Origin: Tricharina praecox
Lineage: Eukaryota
Reading direction: 5' to 3'
Length of the DNA: 64,000 nt
NCBI RefSeq assembly: GCF_024521635.1
Contig: NW_026250413.1
Span: 1-64,000, forward strand
Of the stretch, positions 49,790-60,223 are shown in pieces. Below the pieces are notes generated by a model. The model saw only the letters and a list, made by a program, of their open reading frames with translations. It did not search any database and was not told the origin of the DNA. The position numbers and the translations under genes were made by a program. Numbering within the stretch: position 1 is the first letter of the stretch; each line of letters starts with the position of its first letter.

Positions 49790-51996
49790 CTATAGTTCCC
49801 ACGGTCTACCATTATGCCTTACAATATCCTCGGGCAACACATCAGCCAGTGGCTCTACCACCTTATGTACCAACCCCATCCAATTGTCCACGGTCTCCCG
49901 ACGTTCTGCTTCCACAACATGGTTTGCTTCCATCATGTCATGGACGGCGTGAAGCTGTTGAGTAAGACGTTCCCTCAGTTGGCGTAACCGAAGAGAGCTT
50001 CTGGCTCTGACGCTTTCCACCTCTGGTCGTTCCTCCGACTCCACTGGTGGCAGCGCATGTCCCATCGTCTCGTAAACTTCAAACCCTCGGTCCGCAAACA
50101 AAGCGACATACGTCTGCCACCGGTCCTTAGTGAGAACCTTCGTTCTCGAATCCAGGTGAAATATGTGGCGGCAAGGAAGCAAATATTGCCGGGAAAACCT
50201 ATTACAGTTAATTTCATATCAACTTCATTCCTGTAGTGTTGACCTACTTGCAATGACACGTTAAATCTTGGTCAAAAACAGGAGCCTCCTTCCCCTGGAC
50301 AATTCTATCCATGACGCCATCAACCTCCGGGCGCAGTAACTTTTGCACCGGGCGTGGAAATAACCCGACTTCTGGATACTCGCAGTTGCCGATGAAGTAA
50401 CCATTGACACGGAAGTCATTCAGGGCTTTCTGTGCGGTCGAATCTCGGCATTCTGCTTGTTGCATGATGTCGAGAATCATGTCCTTGATGCCTAGATTTA
50501 AAAATTGTTAGAATAATGTAACAAGTCAAGTTTAGAAGAAAAATTACCATGAATGGTTGCGTCGACGTTTCCTAGTCCAGCACGAGCTTCCAGTTCACGA
50601 TGCCAAGTATCCACACCGTTTGTTGACATGATCTGCTGAAGAAGAGGACTATGAGAGCGCGCATACATGGCCCATTTCCGGGTGGTATCCAGCCAAGACG
50701 TGCGAATGATATTCTTGGTTACCTCGTCCTGTGCCAGGTAGATGGCTTCTCGGCACAGGTCAAGACACCGGTTACGCGTCAACGCGTACAGCGCTTTTCG
50801 TAAAGCATTGAGAATTTGCTTGTCAGCTGCGGACTTGAATCGTGTGTCAAGAGTACGCATCGTGTGGACGGAGCAGAGGAGGTGCTCGACGGCCTGTTCT
50901 CCTCCTTCGGGCCCGGGAAACGCACGTCGAACAGCGAGCTGCTCAACAGCACTATCTTCGCCAGTAAGAACATAGCGAGGTTCCCACCCACACCATTTCT
51001 TGAAAGTCTTCATGGCAAGAGCGAGAATCTCGGGATTTTCTCCCTCCACCACACAATGAGTACCGGGAATCCATATTCCTTGCTCGTTGCGAACCAGAAA
51101 GGAGAACACATTGTGGCCCCACGTAGTAGTCTTGTTGGTGGAATCGAATTGCGTAAAATAGCCCCGTCTTTTGAGGGCCTGAATACGCGTCGGATGCGCA
51201 AAGCAGAGTCCCCAACGAGGCGCACCCTCCGCATCCAACACAGTAAACTCCTCATGTAACCATCCTTTCTCCCCGAGAAAACTGATGGCATCATCAATCT
51301 CCTGCCGCAAGGTAGTAGCCCGATTCAAAGGTATACGATCATCCACTCGGTGGACGCGTCGTGCCACTGCGTTTTGTACGTGTTTTCTAATCAAATCAAT
51401 TAGTATATTAACCAAAATACTCGCTAAAGTTTTTCATGTTCTTACCGGGTCATGTGCGCTCCACCGATCGCGATAAGGCGTTCGGAGCCCTGGGGTGTGC
51501 CGACTCCTTTCAACGTGTTCATCACTTGTGCGGGCTGGTAACCCTTCAACGCTTCCGCTGCCGCCACTTGAATCGCGAGCACCGACGGTGCAATCTCCCT
51601 ACTTCTAGCCAGATCGTGCAGGTGTTCTTCCGCATCCAAGCGTTCGACCGTGACAGTGATTGGCATTTCGATGGTACGCGTGACTTTGATCCGGACCTGG
51701 CAAAGCCCCGGCTGTCGCACTGTAGTTCCGTATCGCTTCTTCACTGACCCCGGATCCTTCGGTGGAGGAGGTTTACCGCCCTTCTTACTCTTCCGCAATC
51801 GGCACTCGTATCGCTGTACCGTGACTTCGCCGTTCCTCTGGATTTTGCTACCATTGAGCTTCGTGTACACCGTACTCACGAGTGGCCAGTACGTGTCGAA
51901 TTCTTCGCCGGTCAGAACAACAGGCGCGGTGAGATGGAACAATCTATCGCACCAAAACTCGGCGTTCTGGGGAATGGGAATCAGAGTTGAAGTCAT
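49790..51996 (-). mobile_element. Mutator-like (MULE) transposase gene with C-terminal SWIM zinc finger, 4 exons
   Basis: N-terminal YECRL...C..RIKV...H.H domain; FDSTNKT, LLCSVH, STNGVDTWH; SWIM CHC..FSRQYLLPCRHIF. Frames joined by GT-AG introns near 51445, 50547 and 50247. No convincing TIRs seen. Confidence 0.88.
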
Positions 51997-53725
51997 GATG
52001 GTAAAGTAGAAGCAATAAGGTAGATGATCTCGTGTTTGTAGTAGGCAGGTAGCAATGGGGATGAAGGAAGTACGAGGATCTGGTGGTACTTTACCGCGTG
52101 CCGTGGGCGTTCACTTCTATTTTCCACAACCAACACAGCAGCCAGCAAGGCACGAGATCGGGCGCTGCGTGCCTGCAGGGATGCTGTATTCGGCAACCAC
52201 TCCAGCCACGGCCACAGCCACACGTATTCTGGTGCACAGACTCCAGAGCCCAATCTACGGATGCCGGCGGTGATGTGACGGTTACGTCGTGTCACGTCTC
52301 ATCACGTGAACTGACGGAGATGCAAAATTCATGACGGAGTTCAATCACCCTCAAGCAACTCAAATCGCTCGGCTGCTATGTAGTCCTCCTACTCATCTGG
52401 TGACTACGGGGGAGAGCCTCGTTTGTCATCTGTGACCAACCGCACATATCATGCAGAATGCGCGGAGTTGGGTCAACTTTCAAGAGGAACGAAGAGCGAC
52501 TATTAAAATCCGTATTCCCCGAAGATGTTTTCCGCTCCACCTATCCCGGCTGAAAGGGGAGCAGCGCCTACTTTGGGAGAAGAAGCCAAGAATGGCACCG
52601 AGGGAAGGGGAAATGATACTGTTGAGCTTAGGCCTGGGAAATATAGTCCGTCCGGACGGAAGACTATTGGGGCCCCGCAGCGCCGTCCCGTCTGGGGCGA
52701 GGATTTGGCCAAACGAGTCGGGCTCCGTCCCAGGTCCAAAACGCCCGGGGCCCGAATGGAGCCTCGTGGGGCCCGGACATTTTTAGTGCGGAAGCGGCCG
52801 GCATCCTCAATCCCAGCACCATGGCGCGGCTCGCCGAGATGGACTTCGGCGAGCACACCACGCTCGTCGAGGGTGTGCGCTTCTAACTCCTGCCGGGAGG
52901 GACGACGCGCGCCCCGCGCGGCGTGGTGTCCTTGAAGATTACCGTGCCCGCTGGCGTTGAGGGCGGCCAGTGGCCCGAGGAGATGGACTTAGTGGAGATG
53001 ATGGGGGGGAGGAGGCGCGGGAGGAGGTGCACCAAAAGTAGGCGCAGCACCAGGCGGAGGTGCGGGACGAGGAGGAGGAGGAGCAGCTAGAGCAGCAGCT
53101 GAAGAACGAAGAGAAGCAGCAGGAGGCGGAATCGGAGGAACCGGAGGAAGAGGAGGAACTGGAGGAAGCGGAGGAACAGGCAGGCAACACCAGCCGCCGA
53201 GGTTGTGTGGTGTGATAGAAAATGTTTAAGCAGTAACCACCGTCTAAACGGGTTTACTTTGGTAAATGCCCCAACAGTGGTTACTTTCTTTTCCATCTTC
53301 TTTCATTTTTTCTTCTCGCGCCGCATCCGAAACGGCTGCATGATAGAAAGCACGAGTGAGCAATGATGCACGGCTGCGTCTGCGATCCGGCCGGAACTTC
53401 AAAAAGTGACTGTTGATCTTCAATTGGACCCACCGACGTATCACGCATTCAACTTTAAAACTTCACTGATTCGCCTTGAATCCTCCTCGTCTCCCCACCC
53501 AACCCCCCCACGCGCCTCATAAATAACCCTCCCACCTCCGTCCTGCCATCCTACTTCATCTCTCACCGCATATCTACTATCTGCACACGCCCAGGACGGT
53601 ACGCACAAACGCACAAACGAACGAAACAAAGACATCGATCAATAAACGAACGAAGACATCCATTCACAAATCCCGCAGCGCAATCATCGAAGCACCTTAA
53701 ACAACCACACCAAGTTTCAACAAAT

Positions 53726-53953
53726 ATGTCTGGAAATCCCGTCAACTGCAAGATCTGCTTCAGCCCGATGCCTTCCACGACGGGCCCCACGCTGCAGCCC
53801 TGCGGCCACAAGGGCATCCACGACGTCTGCTGGGCCAAGAAGACGCGCGACGGCACCGAGAAGACGCCACTGTGCCCGGTCTGCGGCAAAGAGGTGGAGT
53901 GGGTCGTGAGAGCCAATATCCAGGTCGTCGTGGGTAGTGATGATTACCTGTAG
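53726..53953 (+). CDS. 75-aa RING-H2 finger micro-protein, copy 1
   Basis: C-x2-C-x14-C-x-H-x3-H-x2-C-x14-C-x2-C. Strong codon bias, CATAAATA upstream (~53517), and a conserved paralogue at 59996-60223. Confidence 0.8.
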   Translation: MSGNPVNCKICFSPMPSTTGPTLQPCGHKGIHDVCWAKKTRDGTEKTPLCPVCGKEVEWVVRANIQVVVGSDDYL

Positions 53954-54404
53954 AGTGTCAGGGGGGGGGATTTGGCTTGTACTATATGGAGTTTCGCTTT
54001 AGATACTTGGGGGCATACGCTGCCTGCGAAGCTGCGCTTGGATAGCTGAATATCAAATCATCGTTCTGAAACTTCACACACGTAGTTAACGGTTGCGAGT
54101 GATCTCCTATGCATCATCCATTTGAACCCGACGTGAAGAATTTGCCGGAATACTATCAGCAGTGCTGTGCTCCAAATGGATCGAGTATGTACCTACATAT
54201 ACGGCTTCCAGAGAATATGTAATCACTAAGCTGCAATAAATCGTCGACGAGGCTGTAGCCTGCCATGTCAGGTACTTCCCCACCTGCTAGGCATACTAAC
54301 GGCAGCAGCTGATGGTACATGCGATACACGCGCAGAAGCCCCCACGCAGTTGAAGGTGGCAATGATGATGCAACAAAAAAAAGAACTGGACCGTGGCTCG
54401 AACC

Positions 54405-54516
54405 AAAAACCTTCACCACCCCCGGTAGGTGGCCTGGAAACCCCGATAGCTGGACATCGGGGTGTCCAGCTAACTCCGCCGGGTGCGTGACCACTCGGCC
54501 ACGCGGGGTTTTTTCC
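54405..54516 (-). ncRNA. Putative Pol III structured RNA, copy D (type II)
   Basis: Minus strand: TTTATAG upstream; GGAAAAAACCCCGCG-TGGCCGAGTGG (perfect A box); hairpin TAGCTGGACA/TGTCCAGCTA; GGGGTTTCC; 3' hairpin; TTTTT; then GGTTCGAGCC (B box, 54404-54395). Confidence 0.62.
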
Positions 54517-55139
54517 GTACAAGAAGTTTGAACTCAAAGCCTATAAACTGGTGGGTACCCCGTGATCTACAATAACAACAACGAAGTTACGCCCGCAAAA
54601 TTGGAGCGTCTAGATGATTGTGCCATCTCACGCCGCGGTATCAGCCATCACAACACCGTCAACAGCTCATCGCATCCACTCCACAGTACCGAGCTCATGG
54701 AATCACGCTCGCCATCCATCGCGAACAAATCCACCACAAGCCAAATCCAAATCTGCGGCAAGGCGAGGTTATGTGCGTTCAACGGCGATCGCCGATAAGG
54801 GTGGGAGAAACGAAAAGAGAAATCGTTTCTTTGAGCTGCACCCAGACCACGCTAGCCCATGGACAATACCCATATCCTCACATTCAGACGTTTCGAGAAG
54901 CTACCGGTCCGCGCATCCATATGATCATGTGGGTTTAGATGAAGGCCCGGCCGCAGACCGTGCTGCCATCAGCAACACCTTGTGGCCCGTGCATGCTGTA
55001 AGCCATGATCCTTCATCTCCTGCCCCAACGTCCGTTCCCTGTCCGCAATTGAGTTCTACGGGCATTCACTCAATCCATCGTGGAAGTGGGTACTAACTAT
55101 GCTCACGCGATGCGATCATGGCTATCACTCGCACTTATC

Positions 55140-55249
55140 CCCCGGGTCCCGGTGGGATGGCTTGGAAACCCCGATAGGTAGCTGGACCGGTGCCGCTGTC
55201 CGGCTAACTCCGCTGGGTGCGTGGCCACGCGGCCACGCGGGTTTTTTCC
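55140..55249 (-). ncRNA. Putative Pol III structured RNA, copy E (type II, 3'-truncated)
   Basis: TTTATAA upstream, GGAAAAAACCC-GCGTGGCC/GGCCACGC hairpin, AGC(C)G/CAGCT stem, GGGGTTTCC. Lacks the terminal T-tract. Confidence 0.5.
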
Positions 55250-55538
55250 GTGCTGGCGATATGAACTCGAAAGTTATAAACTGGTGGCAGTGGGTACCCC
55301 GTGATGGACAAGATGGATAATAACAACGACGATGGCACGCCTGCGGCCCGCCAGATCGTCGGCTGGCATGACAGCAATACACAAAGGATAAAGCAGCAAA
55401 TCCAAGCTCTTCACAAAAAATTCCATCCTGATTCCCGCACCCAGATAGAAAGACAAACAAGCAAAACATCGCGCATCGCATTTCCGCCGCCACGTCTTTG
55501 CCCACTTCACGCCTTTCTTTACCCCACCTTCCTACCTA

Positions 55539-55702
55539 CTGTATAGTGAAGGGGGGGGTAAAAATACGCTTTTTGGCGTATCGGTACGGTCAAATAGCGT
55601 ATAAATACGGTCAAAATACGTATTTTCACCGTATCGATACGCTTTTTTCTGTATCGGTACGGTCACAAAGCGTATTTTTTTACCCTCCCCTTCACTATAC
55701 AG
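55539..55702. mobile_element. 164-bp MITE with TA target-site duplication (Tc1/mariner-type)
   Basis: TIRs CTGTATAGTGAAGGGGGGGGTAAAAATACGCTTT ... AAAGCGTATTTTTTACCCTCCCCTTCACTATACAG, flanked by TA at 55537-55538 and 55703-55704. Internal GTATCGGTACGGTCA repeats. Confidence 0.88.
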
Positions 55703-55748
55703 TAAGTATGTACCTACCCCCAACCAATCAATCAACCAACCAACCAGC

Positions 55749-56568
55749 CTACGCCCTCTGCAGCCCCCCAGCCCACTCAGCCCAGTCCAAGCACTTCGCC
55801 GTCCTCGGCGCCACATCGCTAACGTCAGCCACGAGCCTTGTGAACCTTGGTAGTACCGTCCGCATCTGCGTCGTACGTGCGGGGATCACTTTGCGGCGCC
55901 ACCGGGTGCCCGCGTCCTGCACAATCCATAGGAAGCGGAAGTCCGTACGGTCGCAGTGCAGGTGGGCGGTCCACGCTTTCCAGTTGCGGAGGAATGTGTG
56001 CTCGGCGGCGGCGGGGGTGGTGGTGGGGGTGGTGGGGGTGAGGGTGAGGTGGAGGCCTACGACTACGGCTTTGCTGCTGGTGCTGGTGCTGGTGCTGGTG
56101 CTGGTGCTGGTGCTGCGGGCTCAAGCTCGGTACACCAGGATTCCAGCCACGGCGGAGGCGCGGGAGGTGGTGGTTGAGGGGATGTACAGGATCCAGCCGT
56201 CGAAATCATCTCGCAGCGGCGGGGGAACGTCTCCTGAGAACACGCGATGACTCCCCGCCTTGTTCGCGAACTCGGCCAGCGGCAGGGCAGCCTTCGTGCA
56301 GGATCGTCCGGAGCACGAGGTACTCGACGCAGAAGCCCATGGCGGCTGTGTTGTCGCCGCTGAGGCGTAAGCTAGCCTCCCACTGTGGGTCGTCGACGTC
56401 GCGGATGTCGATAACGCCCATAGCTAGAAGCAGCCCTTTCGCTACGTGCCGTGCGAAGCCGCGGGTGGCATGGCCGATGCCGGATCGGTCGACGAAGAAG
56501 TAACGCCAGTCTAGCCGCTTGGAGCCCGTGGTGGACACTTCGCGGTTCAGCAGACATGCGAGCACCAC
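55749..56568 (-). pseudogene. Remnant of a Crinkler-like gene (C-terminal PD-(D/E)XK-type domain)
   Basis: DWRYFF...N.AAMGFCVEYLVL...I...G, then after a frameshift FDGWILYIP...AVAGILV..*..AVVVGLHLT...AEHTFLRNW...FRFLWIV. In-frame TGA at 56123-56121. Family assignment is from motif recall only. Confidence 0.5.
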
Positions 56569-56853
56569 CGACGTGCAACTACACCGCGAATAAGTCAGTG
56601 ATTGGTGTGTTTACGCACGGCACTCATGCTCGGCGAGAACAACTCACGCCTTCATCTTCTCGCTAGACAACCGTTTCGCATTACTCTCCCAGAACTCAGC
56701 GATGCTCGCGATCAACGTGCGCACTTCAGCGGACCTGCAAGCACCGTCGTAAAGCTGGTCTATTACTCAATCCACAACAACCTTTCGCCACGTGCACTGG
56801 CTGGGGTCTGTCACAGCAGCCGTAGCAATTCCAGGCTCCAGCTCTTAGCCCTA

Positions 56854-58871
56854 GGGTACAAGGAATGAGTGAATCACTCATTGACTGCACCCGAAATGTC
56901 GCAGAATGAGGTGCTCCTCATTTGGTGACAGAGACGCACCGTGCTAGATGCATTATTGCTAGTAAATGCAGCAAACTCGCTCGTGCCGATTGCAGTGATG
57001 TTAGTAAATGCGAATCTCATAGTTAATACGTCGATGGTGGTGGTGATGAATGCGCCATTGTCATGGAATGCGTTGTGGTATGTATAAGAGTACTACCTAG
57101 TCGGCGAGAGGAAACCGATGTAGTTAGTGTGGATGGTTAGGGCAGCTAGCAACGGGGAGGCAGCGAGGAGGCAGCGAACTTGAAGGCTGTCCGAGAGGCC
57201 TCATCTCTCTCTCATATCATCTTCATCGTCGTCTACAGGATATACGCCTCCCCTCCCTCTCTCTCTCATCATCATCTACAGAATAGACGATCAACCCCTA
57301 CCTCCTCTCTCTCCCGTCATCACCATCCTCTACAGGATAGAAGATCAACCGCTACTGACGTCTGCCACCACCATGAGAGGGGCATCTGTTTGTACGATGG
57401 GTAGATGGAGGTTATGATAAGATAGGAGGAGGAAAAGCTCGTGGGATCGGTGGGATCGGTGGGATCGGTGGGATCGGTGGGATCGGTGGGATCGGTGGGA
57501 TCGGTGGGATCGGTGGGATCGGTGGGATCAGTGGATCCGAATGGTGGTGTCAGCCGGACTAGCCGTATCGAGTGACACCGAACGTTGTAGGCAGCGGAGG
57601 AGAGCCATAAGATAGCTCCTCAAAGTTGAACCTACGTCATCCTTCTCTCTTCATCATCTAAGGAATAGACGATCAACCTCCACCTCCCCCCTCCCCCTCC
57701 CCGCCTCTCTCTCTCGAGCTCTATCTCTCTCTCTCTCGAGCTCTATCCCTCTCTCATCGTCATCTACAGAATAGACGTCTCCTCTCTCTCTCTCTCTCTT
57801 CATCAACCTCTTCCCCCTCTCTCCCTCTATTGTATCTACTGTAATGAGAGCACTATATCCACGGCGAGGACAGTCTTGCGAGGGCTCTTTGCCAATGCCT
57901 CTCCGGCCTACCCCGCCATGCCCGCCCCCCCCGCCATACCCACCAATGTTGATGCCTACTAATAACCATATTCCTTTTCTCCCGCCGACACCTCCTCCTT
58001 CACTTCCACATCTCGCCAACAGCTCCTTCTCTACTTCCCCCACTTCCTCTACCCGCTGACAGCTCCTTCTCCACTTCCTCATCTCGCTGACAGCTTCTCC
58101 ATCACTGCCTCCTCTCTCTGACAGTTCCTTTATCACTGTGTCTTCCTCTTGCTCCCCCTATCGCTTCCTCCTGTCATCGATAGCTGCTTCTCCACGTCCC
58201 CCACTTCCTCCTAACCAACAGCCCCCACCCACACAGACAACTGATCCACTACTTCCACAACAGTGTGGTATTCGCTACAAGACTGGGTTGATGTTGTAGG
58301 ACTGCATAGGAGGACGAGGCGAGAACAGCGAGGCCAGCGTGGTATCCGCAGTGAGATGACAGTGATATCCGCGGCGAGACTGAGCTGACTATTCTACGGC
58401 CGCATAAGAAGACATTGCGAGGACATCGCCGAGAGAGGGTGGTATCCGCGGTGATGAAGATCTGGTATCTGCGGCGGAGAGACTGTGGGAAGACCGAGGG
58501 CTGACCGCCAGCGCAGGACAGCGGGGAAAGCGGGGAGGAGAGGGTCTATCTGTGGTCGGTGAGGGCGGTACGCTGCGGCGCAACGTGAGGACTGCATAGG
58601 AGAACAAGGCGTATAGTACCACATGTGAATGTAACGCATTTTATAACACTGCAAATTACCCAAAATATCGCATTTTGCAACAATACCATCTCAAAACCCA
58701 GCGCATTCTGCGTCTTGTCGCATTCATCATTATGCTGCATTGAGTGACATCTCCGTTAATGCGACATCTTGGACCTCATTCCATTCACTAATTGAGTGAA
58801 CTCATTTTAGGATGGTGTTTCTTGCGACCTCATTGACCATAAAATGCTGGTTTCCCTCATTACTTGCACCC
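56854..58871. mobile_element. ~2-kb non-autonomous TIR element
   Basis: Ends GGGTACAAGGAATGAGTGAA and (reverse complement) GGGTGCAAGTAATGAGGGAA, 17/20 identical. Both junctions read CCCTAGGG (TA or CTAG duplication). Subterminal AATGAG/CTCATT repeats at both ends. No transposase. Confidence 0.75.
57441..57538. repeat. 9-bp tandem repeat (GTGGGATCG)n
   Basis: About 10 near-perfect units. Confidence 0.95.
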
Positions 58872-59418
58872 TAGGGTAGGAGCTATGATGGACCCGCCAT
58901 GTACAGTGCGCAGCCGGAACGAGCGCCAAGTGTTCGAAATAAACTTGTCGAGTGACCACTGACCATAGGTATCGCCGGTCAGTGACTTTTGTGGTATGAT
59001 CATGTTTCTACGGAAATCTACTGTATCGGACCCTGTGAGGAGGAAAGATAACAGATCTCATGTTACTGGTGATCTCGCGCGCCACCATGCTTGGCCCGAG
59101 TGATCGAATAGGTACCTAGATTGCCCTCGTTCGTGGCCTTGGGGTATTTATATTCGCCGCAGCCTGCAGGATTTGTTCGCGATGGACGGCGAGCGTATTC
59201 CATGAGCTCAGACTATGTAGTGGGTGCTATGAGGTGTTAACGGTATTTTGATGTGACTCGGAGCGTCTCGCAGGCGATACCGCAGGTCCGCAGTGTGAGA
59301 TGAGCGAATCATCCAGACGCTCCGATTTCGCGGGCGTGACGTCGTCGTTGTTATTGCCCATCTTGTCGATCACGGGGTACCCACCAGTTTATAACTTTCG
59401 AGTTCATATCCCCAGCAC

Positions 59419-59558
59419 GGAGAAACCCCCCGCGTGGCCGGGTGGTCACGCACCCGGCGGAATTGGCTGGACACCAGCACCGGTCCGGCTATCTATCGGG
59501 GTTTCCAAGCCATCCCACCGGGCCCCGGCCGGCCCTGGCGGGGGTGGTGAAGGTTTTT
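59419..59558 (+). ncRNA. Putative Pol III structured RNA, copy F (type II)
   Basis: TTTATAA at 59388; GGAGAAACCCCCCGCG-TGGCCGGGTGG; TGGCTGGAC/GTCCGGCTA stem; GGGGTTTCC; expanded 3' GC-rich hairpin; TTTTT; then GGTTTGAGCC. Confidence 0.6.
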
Positions 59559-59995
59559 GGTTTGAGCCACGGGTGAGGTGTTTTGGTTTTGTTTAAGCAT
59601 CACTGAATTCGACGTTAGTTGCCAGTGGATCATGGCAGATTACATTATTACATATGCGTCTCCACCCGGCCGGCTGTCACCGCACAGACCGCTAGCTACG
59701 AGCACGATTCCAGCTCCCTATCGCTCTCCGGTCAGTCCTCCCTACCAGTCAACCGTAAATGTACATACTCGACCCATTCGGAGCACATCACTGCTTACAG
59801 TATTGCGGCAAACTCTTCACGTCGGGTTCAAATGGATGATGCATAGGATATCACTCGCCACCGTCTCGCTTCTGTTGCAGAACGATGATATCAATTCAGG
59901 TACCCAACCGCTGCTTCGAATTTAGCATATACCCCCCAATTATGTAGAACAAAACCCCCTAGGCTGCGCCAATTTTCCCGCCGACACGCCACAGG

Positions 59996-60223
59996 CTACA
60001 GGTAATCATCACTCCCCACGACGCCCCGGATATTGGCTCTCACGACCCACTCCACCTCTTTGCCGCAGACCGGGCACAATGGCGTCTTCTCGGTGCCGTC
60101 GCGCGTCTTCTTGGCCCAGCAGACGTCGTGGATGCCCTTGTGGCCGCAGGGCTGCAGCGTGGGACCCGTCGTGGAAGGCATCGGTCTGAAGCAGATCTTG
60201 CAGTTGACGGGATGGCCGGACAT
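59996..60223 (-). CDS. 75-aa RING-H2 finger micro-protein, copy 2
   Basis: MSGHPVNCKICFRPM...; 9 nt differences from copy 1 (5 synonymous, 4 non-synonymous); all Zn ligands retained. Confidence 0.8.
   Translation of the reverse strand: MSGHPVNCKICFRPMPSTTGPTLQPCGHKGIHDVCWAKKTRDGTEKTPLCPVCGKEVEWVVRANIRGVVGSDDYL

Noticed and set aside
49580-52350. MULE terminal inverted repeats
   Set aside because: Only a short CTCCGTC...CGTGATGA similarity between the ends and no TSD; insufficient.
52620-53200. GC-rich hAT-like end (TAGGCCTGGG) followed by a stop-containing, Glu-rich reading frame
   Set aside because: No partner TIR and no identifiable protein family; too fragmentary to call.
57441-57538. 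CRISPR-like or telomeric array
   Set aside because: Plain 9-bp tandem repeat with no spacers, not TTAGGG, and in a eukaryotic context.
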